64,000 nucleotides of DNA from a virus: positions 1 to 64,000 of IMG/VR virus record IMGVR_UViG_3300018044_000001; one strand, 5' to 3'. The notes under the pieces are model-generated. The model was not told the DNA's origin and made no database searches. It saw only the letters and a list, made by a program, of their open reading frames with translations. Position 1 is the first letter of the stretch, and the number at the start of each line of letters is the position of its first letter. Positions 38,505 through 47,685 of the stretch are shown one piece after another. A program made the position numbers and the translations under genes.

Positions 38505-41500
38505 GAATCACTCCTCGGGGTGTTACCCGTCCATGTTTTGCTTGGTTCGCCTGCGACCCAGATCACAATGGGATGCTTGGCCAGCCACTCGTTGATCTCA
38601 GGCAATGACGCATTCCACGGCACGACAGGATGGTAGGCATTCCACGGGACGCCAGGTTCGCCAGCCTTGAATATCGGGACGACAGTACCTGATACCCATG
38701 CCTCGTATGCCGCGATGAGCACAGAAGCAGTACCCGCGTCAACGGCAACATCCGCTGCTGCCTGTAGTGCCGCGGCGACGACCTGAGCAAGTCCAGGGTT
38801 GACGTTTATGCCAGATGTCGCACCGTAGGCACTGACGGCAGTGTCAGCAACGCCAGCAGAGATGGCTGCGTGTGCTGTGGCGTTACCTGCCGATGCGATG
38901 ACGTTCGCAAGGATCGCACGCGCAGACAACGCGGGCGTTGGTGCGTTGGCCATTACGCCAACATTGGCCGCGCCTGTCATGAGTCCCATGCCGGGCTTCT
39001 GCGCTGTAACTGTCACAGACGCCAGACCAGACGATACCGACGCAGCACTAGTGACGTTGAAGCCGACAATCACAACCGTAGCGGCACTAGGTGTAACACC
39101 TATTTGTGCTTGTGGTGGGTATGCGACTACGGCGACACTTGCTACACCCGCGTGTGCGAAGTACGCTGCCGTGCCTGTAGCGTTGTACGCGGTGACGACA
39201 ACAGCGGCGCTGGTCGGTAGTGCGGTAACCCCAAATGTTGGAGCGTACGCAGCGGCTGCGATATTTGCCAGACCAGCAAAGGTAGTCAGCGAGGCACGTG
39301 GGTTGTACGCGGTGGCGGTAACAGCAGCAACGCCAGGATAGACCGTTACGCCAGAAGTGATGATGGACGCTGTAGCGCTGTATGCGTCAACGATGACATC
39401 AGCGACGCCAGGTAGCGGGCTGACAGAGATGATCGGTACGTAGTATGTGAACGGTGCGCCGAGGTTTAACAGCGACGAGGTGGGTGCACCAGGAATACCA
39501 GTGAAACCGCCACTTTGTGCTCCTGAACGAGTGACGACCTTGACGTTGGCGACACCTGCGTTGACCGCGGTAACGACAACAGCATCGTTGGCCGTGGCAA
39601 CAACGTTGGCAAGACCAGCGTTGACAGCCCACGATGTTACGGTGTCGTATGCAATGACACTGGTATTGGCAAGACCTGCGTTGATCGCTATGCCTGGAGT
39701 GGCGTTGTACGTGGCAACAGCGACATTAGCGGCACTAGGTGTCGCACCTACCGCAATCACGGCGTCGTAGGCCGCTACAGCAACGTTCGGTGTCCCTGTA
39801 CCGAGGGCAATGCCGGGTTGATATGCGCTGGCAGTGACGTTGGCCAGTCCAGCGTTGACAACAATGGCCGGTGTGGGATTGTAGGCAGCGACAGCAACGG
39901 TAGCAGCACCGGGAGTGGCAGCAAGAGCGGCCGTGGCGTTGTTGGCAGCGATGGCAACGGTAGCGACACCAGGTGTCGTGCTAACAGTTGCAACAGAGTT
40001 GTACGCGGCGGCAGTTACGGCTGCAGCACCAGCACCTACACCAATGCCAGGATCGTAGGATGCACAAGTAACAGATGCTAGACCCGCGTTGACAACTACA
40101 GATGGCGTCGGATTGTACGCAGCGACAGCAGCAATAGCTTCGCCTGCGAGTACAGCAATCGTGGGTGTTGGACCGTAGGCGGCGGCAGCAACATTAGCGA
40201 CACCTGCGTCAACAGTGACCGCAAGTGCTGGGTTGTACGCAGCGACAGCAGCCGCCGCAGTACCAGCAAGGGCAGCAATGGCGGCCGTGGCATCGTTTGC
40301 TGCGACGGTGACGGTAGCGACACCGGTAGTAGCGGTAACGGCAGCAACAGGGTTGTACGCGGCTACAGCGGTGTCTGGTGTGGTTGTACCGAGAGCGATG
40401 CCTGGACCGTACGCAGCGGCAGTAGCAGCGGCAGTACCAGTGCCTAGACCAATGCCGGGTTGATACGCACCTGCGGTGACTGCACTTAGACCAACTGCAG
40501 TGGATACAGCGGCAGTAGGACCGTAGGCAGCGATGGCAACAGGAGCACCGGTTGGATCAGTTACTTGAACGCTAGTGGTAGCGGTGTAAGCGGCAACGGT
40601 GACAGCCGCGCCAGTAGGGTCAACTGCTTGGACAGCAGCAACCGGGTTGTAACCAGCGACGGTGACGGCGGAGACGGACGCGTTGACACTTGCGGAGGTG
40701 GTAGATGGCTGGATCGCCGCAGGGTACATGACCGTTCCTGCGCAGCTCCAGTAGCCGAACTTGGCAGTCCCCGCTACCTTGCCGAGGGTGCGGGTGAAAG
40801 CAACGTAGCCGTTGCGGAGCCAGTAGCCGAAGCCGTTGGTGCCGCCACCGACTGAGGGTTGAGTGCCGCTTGACGTGTAGGTGATCTGGACCTGACCGGC
40901 GTAGCCTCCGCCGCCCGCCGCGATCTTGCCGTTGCCTCCGCCGCCGCCGCCCGGACCAGAAGCCGGGGCGTTCCCAGGGTTGCTATTGCCGCTTCCACCA
41001 TTACCGCCAGGACCGCCCCCTGTAACGGCTGACGCGCCCGTTACTGATGTCGCTGTGTTCCCGGTGGAACTCGAACCGCCCGAACCGCCGCCCCCACCAC
41101 CAGGATTTCCTGTGGTGACCACATAACCGTCACCGCCGTTGTAGTGGGTCGTGTTGCTACTGCCGCTTCCGCCGCCGCCGCCTGCCGAGTCAGTGCCGCC
41201 AGATCCATAGTGTGCGGTCACCGTGACAGAGTTGCCAGCGAAAGTGCTATTGCCGCCGTGGTTGCTAAGGTCGGAGCCAGCCGCAGTTGCAGCCCCAGCG
41301 GCCCCAACGACATAGCTGTAGTTGCCCCCAGTCGTAACGGCCAGCGAGGGTTCGGCGGCGTATTCGCCGCCGCCACCGCCGCTACCACCGCTGGCGCTGT
41401 TACTGACCCCGCTACCACCTCCGCCCCAACACTCGACCAGCGCCGAAGTAACACCAGAAGGGCAGAGCCAGCCAGTGCCACCCGAGTAGGAACCGGGATT

Positions 41501-41521
41501 GGTGTAGGTGACGGTGGTCAT
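38501..41521 (-). CDS. large Gly-rich plus Ala/Val repeat structural protein
   Basis: N-terminal VECWGGGGSG glycine-rich domain; about 21-aa AGxAxVxxxAYNP repeats. Confidence 0.75.
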   Translation of the reverse strand: MTTVTYTNPGSYSGGTGWLCPSGVTSALVECWGGGGSGVSNSASGGSGGGGGEYAAEPSLAVTTGGNYSYVVGAAGAATAAGSDLSNHGGNSTFAGNSVTVTAHYGSGGTDSAGGGGGSGSSNTTHYNGGDGYVVTTGNPGGGGGGSGGSSSTGNTATSVTGASAVTGGGPGGNGGSGNSNPGNAPASGPGGGGGGNGKIAAGGGGYAGQVQITYTSSGTQPSVGGGTNGFGYWLRNGYVAFTRTLGKVAGTAKFGYWSCAGTVMYPAAIQPSTTSASVNASVSAVTVAGYNPVAAVQAVDPTGAAVTVAAYTATTSVQVTDPTGAPVAIAAYGPTAAVSTAVGLSAVTAGAYQPGIGLGTGTAAATAAAYGPGIALGTTTPDTAVAAYNPVAAVTATTGVATVTVAANDATAAIAALAGTAAAAVAAYNPALAVTVDAGVANVAAAAYGPTPTIAVLAGEAIAAVAAYNPTPSVVVNAGLASVTCASYDPGIGVGAGAAAVTAAAYNSVATVSTTPGVATVAIAANNATAALAATPGAATVAVAAYNPTPAIVVNAGLANVTASAYQPGIALGTGTPNVAVAAYDAVIAVGATPSAANVAVATYNATPGIAINAGLANTSVIAYDTVTSWAVNAGLANVVATANDAVVVTAVNAGVANVKVVTRSGAQSGGFTGIPGAPTSSLLNLGAPFTYYVPIISVSPLPGVADVIVDAYSATASIITSGVTVYPGVAAVTATAYNPRASLTTFAGLANIAAAAYAPTFGVTALPTSAAVVVTAYNATGTAAYFAHAGVASVAVVAYPPQAQIGVTPSAATVVIVGFNVTSAASVSSGLASVTVTAQKPGMGLMTGAANVGVMANAPTPALSARAILANVIASAGNATAHAAISAGVADTAVSAYGATSGINVNPGLAQVVAAALQAAADVAVDAGTASVLIAAYEAWVSGTVVPIFKAGEPGVPWNAYHPVVPWNASLPEINEWLAKHPIVIWVAGEPSKTWTGNTPRSDS

Positions 41522-41861
41522 CCAAGCACCACCCTCGCCGACTCAGTGGCAACGTACCAGTTCCAAGGATTACCGAGACGCTCGATCTGTCTCGGTGCCC
41601 AACTTTCGCTTTTCTTGCGAGCGTCTGAACTACGCCAAGGTTGGCATTTCTCCGGCTCAAGAACTACGAAACGCCACGCCGCCCGATAGCGGTCGGTCCC
41701 GACCCCCGAGCATCTGGAAAGCAAACCGGTTCTCAGCGGGTCGGGATGAGGTCCGGACCTAAACCACGCCAGAGTGCCGAGGCCGCGAAGAAAACGGGGC
41801 TCAACGACTCCACTCGCTTCGATACCCGGTCGCCCGTGGTTGCACGTCCAGTGGTAGAGCT

Positions 41862-42131
41862 TCATAGCATCCCGTGTTCGACAAAGATGCGACAGAGCTT
41901 CTTGAGGCCCCGGGGATCGGGGCCACCGAGGACGAGGTTCGGGTCACGGCGGTCGCCGCTGAAACCCTTGACTGCGTGGTTGGCGATCGTCCAACGGACA
42001 ACCCGCAACCAGTCGTCGGTGGCACGCAGGTCGGGGAAGATGTGGTCCTCGATCCAGCCATCGCCGTAGTCCACCACGAGGTACAGATAGCCCTCGCTCG
42101 TCGTGTCCGCCGCAACGACCTTGTAGGCCAT
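41862..42131 (-). CDS. hypothetical protein
   Basis: ORF coupled to neighbours. Confidence 0.5.
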   Translation of the reverse strand: MAYKVVAADTTSEGYLYLVVDYGDGWIEDHIFPDLRATDDWLRVVRWTIANHAVKGFSGDRRDPNLVLGGPDPRGLKKLCRIFVEHGML

Positions 42132-42132
42132 C

Positions 42133-44286
42133 TCACGCCACAGCGAGGGTGTCGAAGTGGACGCTGCCCTTGCCCCCCGTGTCATAGCTCACCACCTGGA
42201 GCGTTACCCAACCAGCCTTGGATGGCACGACCGCAGAGAACATCAACTGTTGCCACGTCCCGCTGGAACTGGAGCACGTCTGAGTCTGCGCCGCCACCCC
42301 GAGTTCCCCGTTCGCCAACAGATTCACGCACGGGTAGTTCGTCCCGCCGTAGGAGTCGAAGCGCACGTAGATCGAGATGGTGGACGACACGCCATCCACT
42401 GGGACTTGGATGAACTGGTCCCCTGGCCCAACAAGCTCTCCCGATGCAGGCGAGTCGTTGTAGACGACGGTGTCCTCGATGGCGTAGTCGTGGAACTCAA
42501 ACGCGCCGATCGAAGCGTTAGGAGACTGTCCCCCGCTCGGCCTTGGCCTGTTCGCCCAGTCCACCGTCGGGTAGTTGCCCGTGAACGTGCTCGACCCCGC
42601 ACCGAGCAGCGGACTCGACGTGTCTGGCGCCAGGAACTGTCGCAGCACCCCGGCCCACTTGTAGCTCTGCCCGAGTTCGAGCAGCGGGGCGAGGAAAGTG
42701 TTGGTCCCTCCCGATGAGTTCGAGACATCGCCAGTGCCATAGGAGTAGTTGCTCTCGGGAGTGGCGGCGTAGATGGAGTTGTAAGACCCGGTTAGCTGTC
42801 CGGAGGTCGCGACGTTGAATCCAGTACCCGAAGCGATGACCAGGGAGTTGTGAATCTCACACGGGACGGACGTCGAAAGGTACGTGGCTGTGCCTAGAGT
42901 CACACCGGTTGCCGCCAGGATCGTGCTGTCGTAAATCCTGACCCCACCACCGTGTCGGGCGGCCGAACCCGTGGCGATGATGTAGACACCTATCGTAGGG
43001 CTGCCGTCGATTTTGCAGTTGCGGATGATGCACTGGGCATCCCAGTCCAGGGACCCGCTGGCTGTCGCTAGGCTGAACTCAACAGCCCGATACGTGCTTG
43101 CAATCTCGCAGCGATCCAGGGTCACGTTCAGCGCCGTGGCATTCGTGGGCGAGATGAAGTAGAGGTTGGGGAGAGCGGAAGTCAAGTACAGAGCATTGAA
43201 CACGCAGTCGGTGAAAGTGTAGTCGTGACCGGCCGCCGTGCAGTAGACGGAGTAGCTACTGCCACCAACGAAAGTGAAAAGTGAGAAGGACAGGTAGGTG
43301 GTCGTTGTCAATGCCAACAACGTTGTCGAACTCGGCGCGCTCGTGTTCCCCGACGTGTAAGCGCTAAGAATCACCTGTCCGGCGTCGCCCGTCTGTGCCC
43401 CGTCCACATCCCCGATGATGGCGATCTTGCCGACGATCCACGAGCAGGAGGAGAATGCAGTGGCGGGGAAACCTGTTGCTGTAGCAGGAGCGATGGTGAC
43501 GACGGATGCTGACGTATACGCACTGATCTTGCAAACGTACGTACTACCGCCTGCAGTGATCTCAATGTTCCGACCAGCCATTGCGCTCGTGAATGCCGCC
43601 GCAGTGTTGTCAGTGAATACAGTGCCAGCGCTACTGGTGACACCGTTGGTCCCTGTTGCAGTAGAGGCACCGCTGATTCCAACCGCCGTTGTTTCTCCGT
43701 ACGTGCCTGCACCTATATACGCGAGGTCGCCAGCGGCCATGCAATTAATGGCACCAGATGCAGTAACGAGCAAACGGTTGACGGTCAAGAGCGCGCCACC
43801 GACATTCCACGTTTGTCCTGAGCCTGTCGTGAAGTTCGTTGTACCCGTGGTCGTAAGAAGTGCACCGAGAGTGGCCGATCCGGAGCCATAACCTGCTCCT
43901 GCTGCAGCCGAGATGGTAACGACAGAGGCGCTGTTCAAGACGGTGATACATGCTCCTGCGGCGATACCGGGACCGCTGATGGCACACCCGACCATCGATG
44001 ACGCAAACAGGCCAGCAGACGAGACGGACGCGGAACCATTCGCGGTCGTGACAGAAGCGAGGGTCTGCTGCACTCGCACCGCGGAGATGAGACGGGTGAT
44101 GGTGCCACCACTGGCGTAGATGGCGTGACCGACGTCGGCAGAGGACCACGTTGCGGAGATGGATGAGAACTTCGTCAGTCCTGCCGTGGTATTGCTAACA
44201 CCGTCGGTGCCAGTGGAACGTACGGTCGCGGATGTGCCCCCGTTGGTGTTCGCTCCCGATGTACGCACCATCCACGTCGTAGCCAT
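42133..44286 (-). CDS. putative beta-helix virion protein
   Basis: Ser/Thr/Gly-rich, AGDLAYIGAGTYGE, IIRNCKI/IYDSTI repeats, SIGAFEF. Confidence 0.65.
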   Translation of the reverse strand: MATTWMVRTSGANTNGGTSATVRSTGTDGVSNTTAGLTKFSSISATWSSADVGHAIYASGGTITRLISAVRVQQTLASVTTANGSASVSSAGLFASSMVGCAISGPGIAAGACITVLNSASVVTISAAAGAGYGSGSATLGALLTTTGTTNFTTGSGQTWNVGGALLTVNRLLVTASGAINCMAAGDLAYIGAGTYGETTAVGISGASTATGTNGVTSSAGTVFTDNTAAAFTSAMAGRNIEITAGGSTYVCKISAYTSASVVTIAPATATGFPATAFSSCSWIVGKIAIIGDVDGAQTGDAGQVILSAYTSGNTSAPSSTTLLALTTTTYLSFSLFTFVGGSSYSVYCTAAGHDYTFTDCVFNALYLTSALPNLYFISPTNATALNVTLDRCEIASTYRAVEFSLATASGSLDWDAQCIIRNCKIDGSPTIGVYIIATGSAARHGGGVRIYDSTILAATGVTLGTATYLSTSVPCEIHNSLVIASGTGFNVATSGQLTGSYNSIYAATPESNYSYGTGDVSNSSGGTNTFLAPLLELGQSYKWAGVLRQFLAPDTSSPLLGAGSSTFTGNYPTVDWANRPRPSGGQSPNASIGAFEFHDYAIEDTVVYNDSPASGELVGPGDQFIQVPVDGVSSTISIYVRFDSYGGTNYPCVNLLANGELGVAAQTQTCSSSSGTWQQLMFSAVVPSKAGWVTLQVVSYDTGGKGSVHFDTLAVA

Positions 44287-44480
44287 TTACAGTCCAGTTT
44301 TCACTTGAATCAAGAATCTCGCGATCATCTGCATGAGTTGGTCTCGCTGGTCGGCGGTCGGGCCGACCTGGATGGCCCTGCCTGTTGTGACTACCGCGTG
44401 GTTCCAAAGGTCAGGCATGTTACTCCTGGTGGGATTCTAGGTAGTCGGCGGCGGCGCGAAGAGGCACTACAATCATTTCC

Positions 44481-44936
44481 CTAGCTCGTCAGCGTTAATA
44501 TCCCCGAGGAATTAAACACGACGCTCAGGTTGGCGGCAGCCACCGATTGTGTTCCTCCGAACCAGTTATACGAGAATCCTTGATTACTCACACTTGAATC
44601 GTACAGAAGCGCGCCAGCCGTCGAAAATGTGACTCCAGTCCAAGACGGGCTCCCGCTCGCCTTGAGTGCGATCACATTAGACGCTTGTGTCACCGTCACG
44701 CCACTAACCGATGCACCACCAGCAATGTAGCCACTGCTCGATACTTCATTAGCGAGCACCCATTGACTACCGGCACCATTGTAGGACGACAACGCAGCGG
44801 TAGTCACTGTGTTATCAGGCGTGATTGTCGCCACGTATAGAGCGCAATAGAGCGAATCGGTCGCCATATCAATGCTCTTTGCGTCACACAGCTGAAGAAC
44901 CGTGTAGGCGAATACTTTACTGTTGGACCAGGCCAT
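44481..44936 (-). CDS. virion-region protein
   Basis: NEVSSSGYIAGG, FGGTQSV pattern; AGGAG RBS. Confidence 0.7.
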   Translation of the reverse strand: MAWSNSKVFAYTVLQLCDAKSIDMATDSLYCALYVATITPDNTVTTAALSSYNGAGSQWVLANEVSSSGYIAGGASVSGVTVTQASNVIALKASGSPSWTGVTFSTAGALLYDSSVSNQGFSYNWFGGTQSVAAANLSVVFNSSGILTLTS

Positions 44937-44949
44937 TAGATCGGCTCCT

Positions 44950-45267
44950 CTAGTTTGGGTTGTGTGCTGCTACGTGCGCGGTTGGCGCGTAAATGGTACA
45001 ATCGCTAGACCCGTCACCATGGTCGGTATTCACCGACATGATCGGTCCGGCATCCTCGTCGCCAATGTAATCTTCTCTGTAGTTGATGCGATGGCGCGCA
45101 TCGGGTATATCGTCAGGATGTGCCACCTGTACCATTGGGACGGTCATGCCAGACATGCCAGGACACGGGTGCAGGCGCGCGTGAGGTCGTGTCTCTAGTG
45201 TCTGGTCGCGGACAAGACAGGATGGACAGGCCCAGTAGGTTGTGATGGGTTGCAACTCGACAATCAT
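44950..45267 (-). CDS. hypothetical protein
   Basis: WACPSC..HPCPGM..REDYIG..DCTIYAP. Confidence 0.65.
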   Translation of the reverse strand: MIVELQPITTYWACPSCLVRDQTLETRPHARLHPCPGMSGMTVPMVQVAHPDDIPDARHRINYREDYIGDEDAGPIMSVNTDHGDGSSDCTIYAPTAHVAAHNPN

Positions 45268-45274
45268 GCTTTCT

Positions 45275-45898
45275 TTATTCTCCCCACATATGTCTCCTGC
45301 GCATAAAGACCTCACGGTCGTGCGCCCCTGCGGCATTGCCCATCACATAAATGGGATCACTTGGTGCTTTGCCCGCACCAGGATGCAAATGTTCTACAAC
45401 TGCCTCTTTAGCGAACGCCCATCGATTGCGATACTGTGCAACATGTCTAAGCTCGTCGTCACAATACTGATGAGAAAATTCCTCACATAGCACAACGCCG
45501 GGTGTTCCGTCGCCAGTGCCGCCACATTCGTTGATGTAATACCGGCTGACCAGGAAGTGGACGCCAGCCATGTTGTGCAGGTCGTTGATGCCTACCACGC
45601 CGTTGACTTCGTTCATCTTGATCATGGCCGACTCGAACCAACCTGCTCTGAAGGACAGGTCGTCGGCACCGAGGAACACGTACGGTTCCGTGCACGCGTG
45701 AAATGCCTTGTTGATCCTGACGGGGTACGTGCCGCCATCGTCTTCGATCAGCGTGACGGGTAGCGACCGTGCTGCGTCTGCGCACTCACCAGTGGCAACG
45801 ACCACGATGCTGTAGCTCTGCGTGCTGTCCACGATGCTCTGCACGACAAGTGCGATGCGGTGCGGACGCATGAGCGGGATGAGGATCGCTACGCTCAC
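45275..45898 (-). CDS. GT2-like glycosyltransferase
   Basis: VAILIP, FLGADDL (DxD-like), YCDDEL, VEHLHP. Confidence 0.8.
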   Translation of the reverse strand: MSVAILIPLMRPHRIALVVQSIVDSTQSYSIVVVATGECADAARSLPVTLIEDDGGTYPVRINKAFHACTEPYVFLGADDLSFRAGWFESAMIKMNEVNGVVGINDLHNMAGVHFLVSRYYINECGGTGDGTPGVVLCEEFSHQYCDDELRHVAQYRNRWAFAKEAVVEHLHPGAGKAPSDPIYVMGNAAGAHDREVFMRRRHMWGE

Positions 45899-45927
45899 TT
45901 GACAACCTCCGCGTGGGCGACTACACT
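45899..45927 (+). promoter_or_regulatory. sigma70-type promoter antisense to the late operon
   Basis: TTGACA-17 bp-TACACT. Confidence 0.7.
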
Positions 45928-46072
45928 ACGTGATGTCAACATGGCATCACCAGATGGGAGATGCGGCAAGCGGTGACGCCCCGAGTCCGTTGGATCAAAC
46001 CGTTAGGGCGACGGCCAGCGGTTGGGTACATCTCCCATTTGTTGAAAGCCATAACTTTCGGAAGGGACTGAC

Positions 46073-46447
46073 GTGAATCGCATTTTCAGGGCCGAGGACG
46101 GGGCCGAACTAAGGGAAGAGGACGTGCGGGCGCTGGCCGATGCAGCTAAGTACGCCATCACGATCGAAGAAACCCGAGCAGCGGTCAAGGCACGGGATCG
46201 CATGCTGATGGCGCTCGCCCCTAAGCCCGCGCCGACGTGCGAGGCGACACTCGTGGTCCATGTCTGGTCCCCAAACCCCCTGGAGGACCGCTATGTCACG
46301 TTGCCCTGCGTCCTGCCGCCAGGGCATCATCCGTGCCCCGCCTTCTTGGACGAGCACGACTGCTGTCGCCAGTGTGGCAAGGGACCGGCTCACGAAAACC
46401 ACGCGCCCTGCCACATGACCGCATCCGAGACATGGCGCGAACCTTGA
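46073..46447 (+). CDS. hypothetical Cys/His-rich protein
   Basis: ORF downstream of promoter and site 46044. Confidence 0.5.
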   Translation: MNRIFRAEDGAELREEDVRALADAAKYAITIEETRAAVKARDRMLMALAPKPAPTCEATLVVHVWSPNPLEDRYVTLPCVLPPGHHPCPAFLDEHDCCRQCGKGPAHENHAPCHMTASETWREP

Positions 46448-46592
46448 TTTACATCGCACCAGGCACACCCGTACACGAAGTCATCGCACTCATGTGGTGG
46501 CTGATCTGGCCGTACCTGCTGGCGCTACTGATCGTGCTGGTGGTGCGTGAGTGTGCTGTGCGATATTTCAAGCGGTGGGACAAGGAGCAGAC

Positions 46593-46955
46593 GTGAACGA
46601 CATCAGCACACATGCCAGGAGTGCCGTCTTTGACGGCGCGCTGACAGTTGCGGAGATCAATGAGCGGTACAAGGAGGCGTTCAGGAAGAACGGGTGCGAC
46701 AGGGATGATGTCGCGTACTGGTCGTTGAGTGAGGCGCATCGGAGAGCGTTGAGCGCGCATACGGTTACGGTCGCGGCTGAGAGGACTAACAGGGTCCAGA
46801 GTGATCCAAATCGTGTGATGCCTAAGCAGATTCGCAAGTGGGCAGCGGAGCAGAAGATACCGCTGGGTAAGGGTGGGCGAGTGACGCCGCAGGTTGATCA
46901 GGCGTATCGGGAGGCACATGGGTTGGAGGTGCGGGAGTCAAGACGTCGGACGTAA
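46593..46955 (+). CDS. Lsr2 DNA-binding-domain protein
   Basis: PKQIRKWAAEQKIPLGKGGRVTPQVDQAYREAH; AAGGAG RBS. Confidence 0.8.
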   Translation: MNDISTHARSAVFDGALTVAEINERYKEAFRKNGCDRDDVAYWSLSEAHRRALSAHTVTVAAERTNRVQSDPNRVMPKQIRKWAAEQKIPLGKGGRVTPQVDQAYREAHGLEVRESRRRT

Positions 46956-47568
46956 GGTGTGGGCAGATGCCGCCGTTGCTCTCTCTGCCACAGTTGCAGT
47001 TCCAGCACTGTAGGCAATACCTGTCTTGCGGATATCCCTGATCACGCAACCATCGGTAAAAGGTAATACCGCCATAAATGCCAATCTCTCGCCTGTGTGC
47101 AGCGCCATCGTTGTTGACGTGTCCGATTGTCAGGAATGCTGGCTCGGATTCTCCGCAGCATTCACAGGCACCGCCGTAGGTCGCGAACGTTTCGCTGCGC
47201 AACTTCTCTAGTCCAACTTTGTTGGACGCCAATCGGGCAGCGCGATTTTGTGGATCGGCATGATACCATTCACGTCTGCGTCCAGACTGACAGGTGTGGC
47301 AGTAATGCGACCCGGCTATTCTAGGTTCGGTACCACATTGGCGACACCACGGATCGCAGTCCTCGCAACGATCACGTTTCTTGAGTCGGGGCTTGATGCC
47401 ACACAACTCACATGGCGGACGCGACAAAGACCACCAATCTTCGCTACCAGCACCGTTTGTGCGCGCCGTTTGATATCGTTCACGTCGGTTGCTGTCGTAG
47501 CACGATTTGCAGAGTCGGGACCGACCACGACGGTTATCGTGCGTCCCGCATTGATCACATGACCACAT
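46822..47568 (-). CDS. free-standing HNH-type endonuclease with CxxC repeats
   Basis: YGGACECCGE, LTIGHVNNDG, LQCWNCN, CPH. Confidence 0.75.
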   Translation of the reverse strand: MWSCDQCGTHDNRRGRSRLCKSCYDSNRRERYQTARTNGAGSEDWWSLSRPPCELCGIKPRLKKRDRCEDCDPWCRQCGTEPRIAGSHYCHTCQSGRRREWYHADPQNRAARLASNKVGLEKLRSETFATYGGACECCGESEPAFLTIGHVNNDGAAHRREIGIYGGITFYRWLRDQGYPQDRYCLQCWNCNCGRESNGGICPHLTSDVLTPAPPTHVPPDTPDQPAASLAHPYPAVSSAPLPTCESA

Positions 47569-47653
47569 AGTTTGCCCTCCTGCTAGAAAGGGTGTTGACT
47601 GCGGTGCAGCATAGGCCGCTAGCAGACGACCTACGCTGCACCAACAGATACTA

Positions 47654-47673
47654 ACACGCCATTACGGCGTGTG
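47654..47673 (-). terminator. hairpin after capsid stop codon
   Basis: ACACGCC-attac-GGCGTGT inverted repeat; weak U-tract. Confidence 0.35.
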
Positions 47674-47685
47674 TCGAATACTTAC

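Larger units (their letters stand above)
987..46059. repeat. dispersed palindromic site GAAAG-N6-CTTTC (20 perfect, 4 with one mismatch, 1 truncated at window start)
   Basis: perfect copies start at 987,3625,3927,4582,5625,6473,7754,8126,8836,9251,12248,13263,13655,14155,14346,20074,20299,21193,26052,46044; one mismatch at 3458,6098,8465,12866; right half at 6-10; all at gene junctions. Confidence 0.93.
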
